A stretch of DNA of 64,000 bases from Macrostomum hystrix (taxonomy: Eukaryota > Animalia > Platyhelminthes). The stretch spans positions 5,642,001 through 5,706,000 of the forward strand of contig CATNEN010000038.1 of NCBI GenBank assembly GCA_950097015.1. Direction: 5' to 3'. Below, one piece after another: positions 12,896 to 23,388 of the stretch (the stretch's first letter is position 1; each line of letters starts with the position of its first letter). Position numbers and translations under genes: made by a program. Below the pieces are notes generated by a model, which saw only the letters and a list, made by a program, of their open reading frames with translations, ran no database searches and was not told where the DNA came from.

Positions 12896-13675
12896 AGCCT
12901 ACCACCCTGCCTACCCTGTCTACCTTGCCTACCATGCCTACCATGTTTACCCTGCCCACCTTACCTTTCCTGTCTACCTCGCCCACCCTGCCTACCCTGC
13001 CCACCTTACCTTCCCTGTCTACCCTGCCCACCTTGGCCACCCTGGCTACCCTGCCTACCCTTTCTACCCTTGTCCACCCTGTCTACCTTGCCCATCCTGT
13101 CCACATCGCCCACCTTGCCTACCCTGCCTACCCTGCCCACCTTACCTTCCCTGTCTACCTTGCCCACCCTGCCTACCCTACCTACCCTGTCTACCCTGCC
13201 CACCTTCCCACCTTACCTACCCTGCCTACCCTTTCTACTTTGCCCACCCTGTCTACCTTGCCCACCCTGCCTACCCTGCCTACCCTTTCTACCTTGCCCA
13301 CCCTGTCTACCTTGCCCACCTTGCCCACCCTTGCCCACCAAGGTGCCCACCTTACCTTCCCTGTCTACCTTGCCCACCCTGCCTACCCTTACCTACACTG
13401 TCTGCCTTACCCACCCTGTCTACCTTGCCCACCCTGCCTACCCTGCCTACCCTTTCTACCTTGCCCACCCTGTCTACCTTGCCCACCTTGCCCACCCTTG
13501 CCCACCAAGGTGCCCACCTTACCTTCCCTGTCTACCTTGCCCACCCTGCCTACCCTTACCTACACTGTCTGCCTTACCCACCCTGTCTACCTTGCCCACT
13601 CTGTCTACCTTGCCCACCTTACCTACCCTGTCTACCTTGTCTTCCTTGCTCACCATATCTACCCCGCCTACCCTG
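12896..13675. repeat. 9-bp-based degenerate minisatellite (CCTGCCTAC/CTTGCCCAC)n with an internal block duplication
   Basis: Direct reading; the overlapping PCL/PTL ORFs are translation artefacts. Confidence 0.92.
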
Positions 13676-14158
13676 ATTTCCATGCCTATTTCCGTTTCCA
13701 TATCCATGCCAGAAGTCCCGCTAGCAACACAAGGGCTACTAAAGTAACATTTATATTTTTTAGTTGTCCTTGTATCTACACTACGCACTTTTCACTATAA
13801 ATTAGTATTACTACATTAGGTTACGCATACATTTAGCTACTCCAAATAACCTATATTTCTAGATTGATTATCGCTCAAATCTTGTCATTACTTATTCATA
13901 TCGTCTCCACAATGCGCACCTGAAAACTAGACTCTAAACAGTTAATATTTCATGCAATCTGTGGCCAGGGCTCTGCCTAATGTAGCGATAAATAATGCCC
14001 TGGATTGACTTAAACCATCAGCTGACGATGGTTGCCTTGACGACAAGCATGCGGCTTGTATGCCCAGCTATTATATGCAGTACCGATTCCTAATTCGTAG
14101 TATATAAAGTAAGTGGGCGCTTGGCTTTGCAGTGGAAGCCAGCAGCAAATGCCCCATC

Positions 14159-14965
14159 ATGCAGCCGGAGCACAGCTCGCATGACGGCGAACAACTGCGA
14201 AACCAGCTGCTCTACCGAAGCCTTCAGCGCCACCTGCGGCTACAGGGACACGGAAGCAGGCGACCGCGGCCCCAGCGTGCATGTACACTGCCGCATCATC
14301 GCCAGCTCCGTCGAGTGCAGGAGCTGCCAGAACTACAGCAACAGCAGCAGCAGCAGCAGCAGCTGTCCCATCTGAGCCCAACTTGGGAACAAATCGATGG
14401 CTCGGCGGGTCATCTGCAGCCATCGAAACCCGACGATGGCGACGAAGGCGGCAGCGTCCTGTGGCAGCGATTCAGCAGGGCTTTCAGGCGGGCCCTAATT
14501 GAGACTCGCCTGCAGGCCAAGCGTCGGGAGGCAGCGGCCGCAGCGACGGTCACTCGTCTGCCAGCTGGAGATGCGACCGGAACACAGAACATGGCTGGCA
14601 GCAACAGCGCCGAGAATAGTCGGCAGCAGCAGCGCCTGCCACGGTATCAGCAGCTTCGTGCTCGCCGGCATTGGCAGCTTGTGAGGCAGAACCTTGGCCG
14701 ATTGTTGCAGCAGAAGCAGAAGCAGCAGCAGCAGCAGCAACGGCAGCAACAGCAGCAGCAGCAGCGGCAGCATTCAACTGCCTGGGACCTCTTCGCCCGC
14801 ACTGGGCCGCGCGCTCGTCAGGAGCTCTACGCCCGCTACAATACCCTGGCCGGCGGTGCCACAGCCTCGGCGTTCATGTCGGACCTGCCGCGCATTCCCG
14901 ACCACCTGATGGCGGCCGCGGGCCTGCCGGCGCTGCCGACGTCGCGTCGAGTTAAGCGGCGATGA
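14159..14965 (+). CDS. Uncharacterised Gln/Arg-rich protein (about 268 aa from the first in-frame ATG)
   Basis: GC-rich open frame with the same codon style and CAG runs as neighbouring real exons, flanked by AT-rich DNA, with AATAAA at about 15085. No recognisable domain. An acceptor (tttgcag) lies just upstream, so the start is uncertain. Confidence 0.65.
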   Translation: MQPEHSSHDGEQLRNQLLYRSLQRHLRLQGHGSRRPRPQRACTLPHHRQLRRVQELPELQQQQQQQQQLSHLSPTWEQIDGSAGHLQPSKPDDGDEGGSVLWQRFSRAFRRALIETRLQAKRREAAAAATVTRLPAGDATGTQNMAGSNSAENSRQQQRLPRYQQLRARRHWQLVRQNLGRLLQQKQKQQQQQQRQQQQQQQRQHSTAWDLFARTGPRARQELYARYNTLAGGATASAFMSDLPRIPDHLMAAAGLPALPTSRRVKRR

Positions 14966-15114
14966 ATCAGCAAAGCGCCCAGAACTTCAAAGAAAACTTT
15001 CGTTTCTTGAGCATGAGCACGTGCACTTTAATGTTAGGATGGTACTCCTATTTTAGTAACTACATATCTGGAAAATGCATGAAAAATAAATACTGGATAT
15101 TTTCACGGCGTAAG

Positions 15115-15345
15115 ACTGGCGTAGCCAGGATTTTTTCAAGGGGGCGCGAATACTAGGTGGCACCACTACTAGGGGGCACCACTACTAGGTGGCACCACTA
15201 CTAGTGGGCACCACTACTAGCGGGCGCTACTACTAGGGGGCACCACTACTAGCGGGCGCTACTACTAGGGGGCACCACTACTAGGGGGCGCTACTACTAG
15301 GGGGCACCACTACTGGGGGGCACCGCAAGTAGAGGGCACCACTGC
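15115..15345. repeat. 16-bp minisatellite (GGGCACCACTACTAGG)n preceded by a MITE-like end (CTGGCGTAGCCAGGATTTTTTCAAGGGGG)
   Basis: Repeat read directly; the MITE interpretation is tentative. Confidence 0.8.
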
Positions 15346-15364
15346 TGGTCACCAATATTGGCAA

Positions 15365-15585
15365 GTGGTTGTAGTTGTGGTTGCAGCCGTAACAATTTGT
15401 CTTTATTAGGACACTAAACTCCGCATTGCTTGAGTTCACCCAGCTCTTAAATGGATACCTGCAGCGTCAGCTGGATAATTGAGGGTGGGTGTGGCGTCCC
15501 CCCAGTCCATGGACTGAACAGCCGTAGGCAGCCTTCAGATGCGCCGTGCAATAGTTGTACCTGTGCTGTCGACTGCACATCAGTA
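15365..15585 (+). mobile_element. 5'-truncated copy of CORE-type SINE family A
   Basis: Near reverse complement of 11805-12000 (GATAATTGAGGGTGGGTGTGGCGTCCCCCAGTCCATGGACTGAACAGCCGTAGG). Confidence 0.85.
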
Positions 15586-16127
15586 AAATGAGCAAATTAG
15601 ATTATCAACAGGATATTTAGCCTGTCTATAGTCTTTTTTTCCGCAAAGCAGTTCGTTCGCTCCCGACAAAATTATTACACAGAAATGTACTCTCATCTAC
15701 TCTGTCTGCCTCTAAAGTCCGAGCTTTGCAAGGCTCTCGCCCTCAGCATTTGACAGCACAGTTCAGGCCCTTCAATGCCTGACAATGCAGTACAGTGAGT
15801 GCATAGCGGCTTCACAGGTGCGAGAAAGGTGAGCTCATTTTGCACAGAGCAGCAACCCCCACCCATAATTGATGCTGTCTGCAAGCACATATAGTAGATG
15901 CGGCCTTTTAAATTTGTATCAACTTAGCAACGGGTCTCACTCCTTCGCTGTCTGTCTTTCTCTTCACCCCTGTCTCAGTCTTTAAAGCTGGACAAGCTTT
16001 GTTTTGCGTTTTACAAAAATCTTAGACTAATAGCGGAATATTTTTTCTGTTCAGCTGAAGCTGCTAACTTTGACGAAGGCAGCAACTGAATTCACTTCCG
16101 AGCTAAGAAATACAGCGACAGAACTGC

Positions 16128-19100
16128 ATGGGAAAAGAGGGTAGAGCTGAACACGGCAAGGGCGGCGGCATCGGAGCAGGTGACGGGACCAACGACGGTG
16201 GCAGCAGAACAGGCAGTGCCAAGGCAGGTGACGGAGCGAGTGGCAGGGGCGGTGGCAGCAGGACTGGCAGTGCCAAGGCAGGTGACGGAGCGAGTGGCAG
16301 GGGCGGTGGCAGCAGGACTGGCAGTGCCAAGGCAGGTGACGGAGCGAGTGGCAGGGGCGGTGGCAGCAGAACAGGCAGTGCCAAGGCAGGTGACGGAGCG
16401 AGTGGCAGGGGCGGTGGCAGCAGGACTGGCAGTGCCAAGGCAGGTGACGGAGCGAGTGGCAGGGGCGGTGGCAGCAGGACAGGCAGTGCCAAGGCAGGTG
16501 ACGGAGCGAGTGGCAGGGGCGGTGGCAGCAGGACTGGCAGTGCCAAGGCAGGTGACGGAGCGAGTGGCAGGGGCGGTGGCAGCAGGACTGGCAGTGCCAA
16601 GGCAGGTGACACCTCAGGCGCAGATCTGGAGGTACCAGCTCACTACCACGACGCTCTGTCGGCAGTGGGTGTATCCGCAGAGGAGGCGAAGAAGTATTAT
16701 CGGACTTTTAAGCTATTTGACGCCGACGGCTCGGGTAGCATTGATGCTGGCGAACTTTACAGCTGCCTTCAGGTGGCTGGTCAGGTGAGTACAATCGTAT
16801 GCTTAGATTAAAGTGCTCATACCAGCCTACCTAACGAACGCAGCTCCGCCAAGTCAAGCAATCAAATCGGGAATACCTTAGGCTCCTGAAAGTCAAGAAG
16901 ACATCGAGCGGCTGCTCTCTGAGAGCGACACGGACGCCAGCGGCAGCGTGGAGTTCGTGGAGTTCGCCTCGCTGATGTCGCGCCTCTGCAAGCCGGAGGC
17001 GGCGGTGCGTCAGCAGTTAGTGAGCAGCTTCCGGGTGTTCGACAAGGACCGCAGCGGCTTCTTGGACCGCGGCGAGCTGCGGGACGCCATCTACAGCATG
17101 GGCCCGGTGGAGCTGACCGAAGACGAGTTTGACGAGCTAGTGAACGCGGTCGACTCAAACGGAGATGGCAGAATCGACTACGAAGGTTGGTCAATGGTTT
17201 TGTACTCTGCAGAATACCTCCAAAGAGCAGTCCGTTAGTGCAACCGATTTTTTTATTTCAGAATTCGCAGCAATTTTATTAGCCGACGTCAACCAACTCA
17301 TTCAGTCCACTAAGGAAGAGATGCAACGGAAAAGGTGCGTCGCCAAGAACCGATTTACTGACATTTCCTTGAATTATAACCAGTGCTTGCATAATATGAG
17401 GACTTTATCAACTTCAACCCCCCCTATGTTCTTTACAGCCAACCTCAACATCCTGAGCATCCTGAACATCCTGAGCACCCTGAACATCCTGAGCATCCTG
17501 AAAATCCTGAGCATCCTGAACATCCTGAGCATCCTGAACATCCTGAGCACCCTGAACATCCTGAGCATCCTGAACATCCTGAGCATCCTGAACATCCTGA
17601 GCACCCTGAACATCCTGAGCATCCTGAACATCCGGAAAGAAAAAACAGCCGTGAAAGCAGAAGACATAGCGGGTCGGCTGCCTTGGTGGCCCTCGCTGTC
17701 CATGGAGATGCCGGCGCTGACATTGCGATGACAAATGACCCGCCTGCTGAAGATACGCCTGACGAAGTGACACCCGAAGAAGAAGTGCCAGTTGAAGAAA
17801 CACAAGCCGCAGAAGAACCAGAGGAAGAGCCGACACCTAAAGAAGAGCAAGTTGAAGAGCCTCCACCTGAAGAAGAGCAAGTTGAGGAACCTCCAGCTGA
17901 AGAAGAGCAAGTTCAAGAACCTCCAGCTGAAGAAGAGCAAGTTGAGGAACCTGCAGCTGAAGAAGAGCAAGTTGAGGAACCTGCAGCTGAAGAAAAGCAA
18001 GTTGAAGAACCTCCAGCTGAAGGAGAGCAAGTTGAGGAACCTGCAGCTGAAGAAGAGCAAGTTGAAGAACCTGCAGCTGAAGAAGAGCAAGTTGAAGAAC
18101 CTGCAGCTGAAGAAGAGCAAGTTGAAGAACCTCCAGCTGAAGAAGAGCAAGTTAAAGAACCTCCAGCTGAAGAAGAGCAAGTTGAAGAACCTGCAGCTGA
18201 AGAAGAGCAAGTTGAAGAACCTCCAGCTGAAGAAGAGCAAGTTGAAGAACCTCCAGCTGAAGAAGAGCAAGTTGAAGAACCTCCAGCTGAAGAAGAGTGT
18301 GGTGACGTGGCTCTGTTTGCGGCTGGCTAAGGCAGGTGTGTTGTGCACCTGCCCGGCACGTATCCAATTTTGGAATGTACGTGTGTTGATGTACGTGCTT
18401 TTAAACCTTCTATCCAATGTGCATGCGTAGAGTCTGCTATCGATTTTTTAAATAAAATAAAATATAAAAGTCGCTGTGTCATCGCGTTTGGTAGTAGAGT
18501 TCGTTCTACAATCTTAAGTGAAGTCTTTACAGTGGCGACGAGAAATGAGCCTAGTTGGCTCTATTGAACCCTTTGAAGAGGGGACAGAAAAATGGCAGCA
18601 GTACCAGGAAAGACTGGAGCAGTTTTTCGAGGCCAATGATATCAAAGATGAGAAAAAGCGCGCCGTTCTCCTCAGTGTCTGCGGCAAGAAGACTTACCAG
18701 CTAATAGCCAGCCTGCTAGCTCCTGGTACTCCGGCTGCAAGCAGCTATGCAGACATCTGCGAAACGCTGAAGAATCACTTCGACCCCGAGCCACCCGAGA
18801 TCGTTCTGCGCTTCCGTTTCTACACCCGAAGTCGCCGTGCCGGCGAGTCAATTGCTGACTTCCTCGCTGACCTTCGCAGACTGGCCAGGGACTGCAACTT
18901 TGGCAGCAGCCTGGACAGCATGCTCAGGGACAGGTTCGTGCTTGGCATCAACGACGACAACATCCAGCGGAGGCTGCTGTCAGAGCGGAAGCTTACGCTC
19001 GACACCGCACTGTCTCGAGCCCAGGCCGAAGCTTCAGCAGCCGAAGGGAACCTGATGGTGACCAAATCTTCGGCCAGCCAGGAGGCCTTCCAAATCGCCA

Positions 19101-22100
19101 AGCAGCCGGTCGCTAAGCGCTGTTTTCGGTGTCTCTCGCAGCGGCACGCGGCTGCCAAGTGCCCATTCGTTGACAAAAAATGCTTCAATTGCTCGAAGCT
19201 GGGCCACGCGGCTGCTGCCTGCAAGTCGCCGGCTGCCACAAATCGTCGGGGCGATCAGGCCGTCAGGGAGGTCGAGCTGGAAGAGGAAGAGACGCATTCA
19301 CTGCACGTAATGGCTGAACGACGGAGAGGGAAGATTCCGCCGATCGAGACAACGGTGCTTATCGATGGCACGCCGGTGCGCATGGAGATTGACACCGGCG
19401 CGTCGGTCTCACTCATTTCGTCGGACACCTTCCGCTCAGAGCTGCGAGGACGGCCCAAGCTTGAGCCCGCCAACGCCCACCTGCGCACGTATTCAGGAGA
19501 GCCTGTTCCGCTGCTCGGCAGAATCATCGTCCAAGTGCGGGCGGCTGGAGCGGCCAAGGAGCTTCCACTGCTTGTCGTCAACGGCTCAGGTTCGAACCTG
19601 ATCGGCCGCGACTGGCTTGCTGACCTGCCTCTGGACTGGCGCAGCATCAAGCAGGTGACCAAGGACGGCGAGCACCCGAGAATCCGCGCCCTGCTTGACC
19701 AGTACGCCGATGTTTTTGAGCCCGGACTCGGTAAGTGCAATGGGCCACCTGTACGGCTGCACTTGAAAGACGGAGCCCGGCCTCGATTTTTCAAAGCGCG
19801 CACCGTTCCCTTTGCTCTCAAAGCCAAGGTGGAGGCCCAGCTCGACAAAGAAATCGAGCAGGGCGTGCTCGTTCCCGTGAACAGCTCGGACTACGCATCG
19901 CCGATCGTGCCGGTCCTCAAGTCCGACGGCTCGGTGCGCATCTGTGCGGACTTTAAGCAGACGGTCAACATCAACATCGAGCCTGACAAGTACCCGCTGC
20001 CACGCATTGACGAGCTTTTTGCCAAGCTGGCCGGCGGCCAAAAGTTCACCAAGCTCGACTTGTCGCAGGCCTACTCCCAGATGCCGCTTGACGAAGCAGC
20101 CCAGCAACTCTGCACCATCAACACCTCTAAGGGCCTGCTTCGGTATACCCGGCTGCCGTTCGGCGTCGCTCCAGCTGTCGGCATCTTCCAGCGGTACATG
20201 GACAGCCTGCTGCAGTCCATCCCGCATGTCGCCTGCTTCATTGATGATCTGATCATTACTGGTGCTGACGACGGAAGCCATTTACGCTCCCTAGAGCTGG
20301 TGCTGCAGCGACTGCAACAGAGCGGTCTGCGCTGCGGCCTCGGCAAGTGCAACTTCATGCAGGAGAGCGTCTGCTACCTAGGCCACAGGATCGACGCCGC
20401 AGGCCTCCATCCGCTTCAGGACAAGGTGCGCGCGATCGTGGACGCTCCACCACCGCGGAATGTGACGCAGCTCCGCAGCTTCCTTGGCATGGTCAACTAT
20501 TATGGCAAGTTCATGCCGAACTTATCTGCCGAGCTGGCATCGCTGCACCGCCTACTAGACCAGGGCGCCGAGTGGCGTTGGGGTGCCCCGCAAGACGCCG
20601 CGTTCAACAAGTGCAAGAAGCTCCTCAGTAAGGCGCCGGTCCTGGTGCATTTTGACGACAGCAAGCCATTGGTCCTGGAGTGCGACGCCTCGCCGTACGG
20701 CATCGGCGCTGTCATCAGCCACCGGATTAACGGCATCGACCAGCCGATCGCTTTCGCTTCACGCTCGTTGCACGACGCCGAGACAAGGTATTCCCAGTTG
20801 GACAAGGAAGCCCTAGCAATAATCTTCGGCGTAAAACGCTTTCACTCGTACCTGTACGGCCGGAAATTCACACTCATCAGCGACCACAAGCCGCTGCTGG
20901 GGCTGCTGCATGAAGGCAAGCCGATTCCTGCGATGGCATCAGGCAGGATCCAGCGGTGGGCGCTTCTCCTGTCCGCCTACAGTTACACGATGGAGCACCG
21001 GTCCGGCCGATCGCTGCTGCGAGCGGACGCGCTGAGCCGGCTGCCGCTTCCCGAGAGACCGCGGGACGCACCAGTACCAGCAGACGTGGTTCTCGTCATG
21101 GACATGCTGGACGAAGGACCGGTCACAGCCGGAGACATTCGAGTCTGGACCCGGAAGGACCCGGTCCTTTCCAGAGCGCTGCACTTCACCGAATGCGGCT
21201 GCTGGCCGGAGCAGACGAGCCCAGAACTGCAGCCGTATCGATCCCGACGCGACCAGCTCAGCGTGCAGGACGGCTGTCTGCTCTGGGGCACTCGAGTCGT
21301 GGTGCCGCACGCCGGCCGGTCTGCGCTGCTACAGTGTCTGCACCAAGGACACCAGGGTGCGTCCAGAATGAAGGCGCTCGCTCGAAGTTTCTTTTGGTGG
21401 CCCAAGTTGGATGAGGCGATCGAGCAGCTTGCCAGTGACTGCGCGGACTGTCGAGAGCTGCAGAAGTCACCGGCACCGGTTCCGCTGCACCCATGGGCGT
21501 GGCCGGACAGGCCGTGGTCGCGCCTCCATATTGATTTTGCAGGCCCAGTCGAGGGCAAGATGCTGCTGGTGGTAGTCGATGCCCACTCCAAGTGGATGGA
21601 CGTGCATGTCATGACGTCCACAACTTCGGCGGCGACCATCCAGAGGCTGCGGGAGAGCTTCTGCACTCATGGGCTGCCAGACATCATCGTGACGGACAAC
21701 GGCCCCAACCTGGTCAGCGAGGAGATGGAGAAGTTCCTGCAGCAGAACGGCATCCGGCACGTGCGGACCGCGCCCTACCACCCGGCGTCCAACGGGCAGG
21801 CGGAGCGAGCGGTCCAAACGCTAAAGAAGTCGCTGGCGAAGCAGAAGAGCGGCTCGCTGGAGGGCCGGGTGGCGCGCTTCCTACTGACCTACCGCGTGAC
21901 GCCTCACGCCACGACTGGCGCCCCGCCGTGTGAACTGCTGATGGGAAGGCGGCTGCGGTCCCTACTCGATCGAGTGCGGCCGGATCTTCCAGCGAGGGTG
22001 GCTCTCCAGCAAGCGATACAGAAACAGCAACACGACGCCAACGCCCGTGATCGCCACATCGAGGTAGGCGATGCTGTGGTGGCGAGAGATTTCGCGGCCG

Positions 22101-23388
22101 ATGGCAGATGGAAGCCGGCAGTGGTGACTGCCAGCTCCGGAGCGGCGTCTTTCTCGTGCCAGTTCGACGACGGCCGGCAGGCTCAGCGCCACATCGATCA
22201 GCTGCGCAAGCCGCTGCCAACCGCGCCAGCCGCTGCGGCCCAGGAGTCGGAAGCCGAGCCTGTCGCGGAACCGGCGGCAGCGGAAACCCAGACATCGGCT
22301 GCGGCAGCTGCGGTCGCCAGCGACACCGCAGACACGGGCGACCCGGTGCCGATTCGACGGTCAACCAGGCAGCGAGCTACACCGGACAGACTGAGCTATT
22401 TTTGACCGACTGACTGAGTTGTTACTTTTGCCATGACTTTTGCTTTCCTTGATAATTTACCTTGCTTGCCATCTCCCCCCGGTTCCTGTTTTGGTGGGGA
22501 GGGATGTGGTGACGTGGCTCTGTTTGCGGCTGGCTAAGGCAGGTGTGTTGTGCACCTGCCCGGCACGTATCCAATTTTGGAATGTACGTGTGTTGATGTA
22601 CGTGCTTTTAAACCTTCTATCCAATGTGCATGCGTAGAGTCTGCTATCGATTTTATAAATAAAATAAAATATAAAAGTCGCTGTGTCATCGCGTTTGGTA
22701 GTAGAGTTCGTTCTACAATCTTAAGTGAAGTCTTTACAAAGAGCAAGTTGAAGAACCTGCAGCTGAAGAAGAGCAAGTTGAAGAACCTCCAGCTGAAGAA
22801 GAGCAAATTGAAGAACCTCCAGCTGAAGAAGATCAGGAACATCTTGAAGAACAGCAGCCAGTTGTGATATCCACTGAACAGTCGGGGTTCGTTGTAGAAG
22901 CTGAACAATCTGAATCTGTGGTTCCTGCTCAACAATCTGGATCTTTGGTTCCTGCTCAACAATCTGGATCTGTGGTTCCTGCTCAACAATCTGGATCTGT
23001 GGTTCCTGCTCAACAATCTGGTGCTACGGCACAATCAGGTGGGGCAGGCTTGGTAGTGCAAGTTCAAATCGGTCACACTGGTCAGGTCGAAGAGCCGTCT
23101 GAACCAAAGAGACCGCATTCTGCAAAGAAGTCGACGGCATCTATTTCGCTAGCGACGTCCGTAACTCCAACTGCAGGCGATGAAAGTCAGGGACAGGTTA
23201 GACATACGGTTCAGCCCAAGTCACAGCCGCAACACAAAGAGCAGCAACGCAACAGCAAGCAGCAGCATGCTGACAAGGAGCTCGGCGGTGGCTCTCGGAA
23301 GTCATCAGGCCGCAGGTCCAAGAGTTCGAAGAATTCCTTGCCAAAGCCAGAGTCCAAATCGAGTTCCAGTTCTAGTGACTCCGATTAA
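16128..23388 (+). CDS. Calmodulin-like 4-EF-hand protein with N-terminal Gly/Ser repeats, (HPE)n and acidic repeats; exons 16128-16784, 16882-17185, 17262-17334 and 17439-18297 joined to 22744-23388. The last exon is interrupted by an LTR retrotransposon, so this allele stops at 18330
   Basis: EF loops DADGSGSIDAGE, DTDASGSVEFVE, DKDRSGFLDRGE and DSNGDGRIDYEE. GT-AG introns have consistent phases (0,1,2). Removing the element plus one TSD restores a single frame (2538 nt, 845 aa). Confidence 0.85.
16195..16610 (+). repeat. 54-bp coding repeat (GGGSRTGSAKAGDGASGR), about 7.7 copies
   Basis: Direct reading; in frame with the ATG at 16128 and with EF-hand 1. Confidence 0.92.
17449..17637 (+). 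repeat. 9-bp coding repeat (CATCCTGAR)n encoding about 21 His-Pro-Glu units
   Basis: Frame is set by the phase-2 splice 17334/17439 and is continuous with the acidic ORF at 17683. Confidence 0.85.
18298..22738 (+). mobile_element. Intact Ty3/Gypsy LTR retrotransposon (probably Mag clade), 4441 bp
   Basis: 234-bp TG...CA LTRs at 18298-18531 and 22505-22738 with one visible mismatch. 5-bp TSD AAGAG (18293-18297 and 22739-22743), PBS TGGCGACGAG, PPT GGTGGGGAGGGA, and a single gag-pol ORF. Confidence 0.98.
18545..22405 (+). CDS. Gag-Pol polyprotein (Gag with two CCHC knuckles, protease, RT, RNase H, integrase)
   Basis: CFRCLSQRHAAAKC and CFNCSKLGHAAAAC; DTGA; RLPFG and FIDD; CDAS and DHKPL; HQGH..CADC, LHIDF, TDNGP and SNGQAER. 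Domain order is PR-RT-RH-INT with no stops. Confidence 0.97.
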   Translation: MSLVGSIEPFEEGTEKWQQYQERLEQFFEANDIKDEKKRAVLLSVCGKKTYQLIASLLAPGTPAASSYADICETLKNHFDPEPPEIVLRFRFYTRSRRAGESIADFLADLRRLARDCNFGSSLDSMLRDRFVLGINDDNIQRRLLSERKLTLDTALSRAQAEASAAEGNLMVTKSSASQEAFQIAKQPVAKRCFRCLSQRHAAAKCPFVDKKCFNCSKLGHAAAACKSPAATNRRGDQAVREVELEEEETHSLHVMAERRRGKIPPIETTVLIDGTPVRMEIDTGASVSLISSDTFRSELRGRPKLEPANAHLRTYSGEPVPLLGRIIVQVRAAGAAKELPLLVVNGSGSNLIGRDWLADLPLDWRSIKQVTKDGEHPRIRALLDQYADVFEPGLGKCNGPPVRLHLKDGARPRFFKARTVPFALKAKVEAQLDKEIEQGVLVPVNSSDYASPIVPVLKSDGSVRICADFKQTVNINIEPDKYPLPRIDELFAKLAGGQKFTKLDLSQAYSQMPLDEAAQQLCTINTSKGLLRYTRLPFGVAPAVGIFQRYMDSLLQSIPHVACFIDDLIITGADDGSHLRSLELVLQRLQQSGLRCGLGKCNFMQESVCYLGHRIDAAGLHPLQDKVRAIVDAPPPRNVTQLRSFLGMVNYYGKFMPNLSAELASLHRLLDQGAEWRWGAPQDAAFNKCKKLLSKAPVLVHFDDSKPLVLECDASPYGIGAVISHRINGIDQPIAFASRSLHDAETRYSQLDKEALAIIFGVKRFHSYLYGRKFTLISDHKPLLGLLHEGKPIPAMASGRIQRWALLLSAYSYTMEHRSGRSLLRADALSRLPLPERPRDAPVPADVVLVMDMLDEGPVTAGDIRVWTRKDPVLSRALHFTECGCWPEQTSPELQPYRSRRDQLSVQDGCLLWGTRVVVPHAGRSALLQCLHQGHQGASRMKALARSFFWWPKLDEAIEQLASDCADCRELQKSPAPVPLHPWAWPDRPWSRLHIDFAGPVEGKMLLVVVDAHSKWMDVHVMTSTTSAATIQRLRESFCTHGLPDIIVTDNGPNLVSEEMEKFLQQNGIRHVRTAPYHPASNGQAERAVQTLKKSLAKQKSGSLEGRVARFLLTYRVTPHATTGAPPCELLMGRRLRSLLDRVRPDLPARVALQQAIQKQQHDANARDRHIEVGDAVVARDFAADGRWKPAVVTASSGAASFSCQFDDGRQAQRHIDQLRKPLPTAPAAAAQESEAEPVAEPAAAETQTSAAAAAVASDTADTGDPVPIRRSTRQRATPDRLSYF

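Noticed and set aside
12809-13800. PCL/PTL-repeat ORFs
   Set aside because: A 9-bp minisatellite open in several frames, with no unique coding context.
16040-16056. Unpaired acceptors before start codons (16054, 25018, 14131) as spliced-leader trans-splice sites
   Set aside because: They cannot be told apart from 5' UTR cis-introns or chance YAG motifs without cDNA, and no SL RNA gene was recognised.
17165-18430. (LSILNI)n and (KKSKLKNLQL)n ORFs and their antisense versions
   Set aside because: Alternative frames of the HPE and EEQVEEPPAE coding repeats; splice phases select the other frame.
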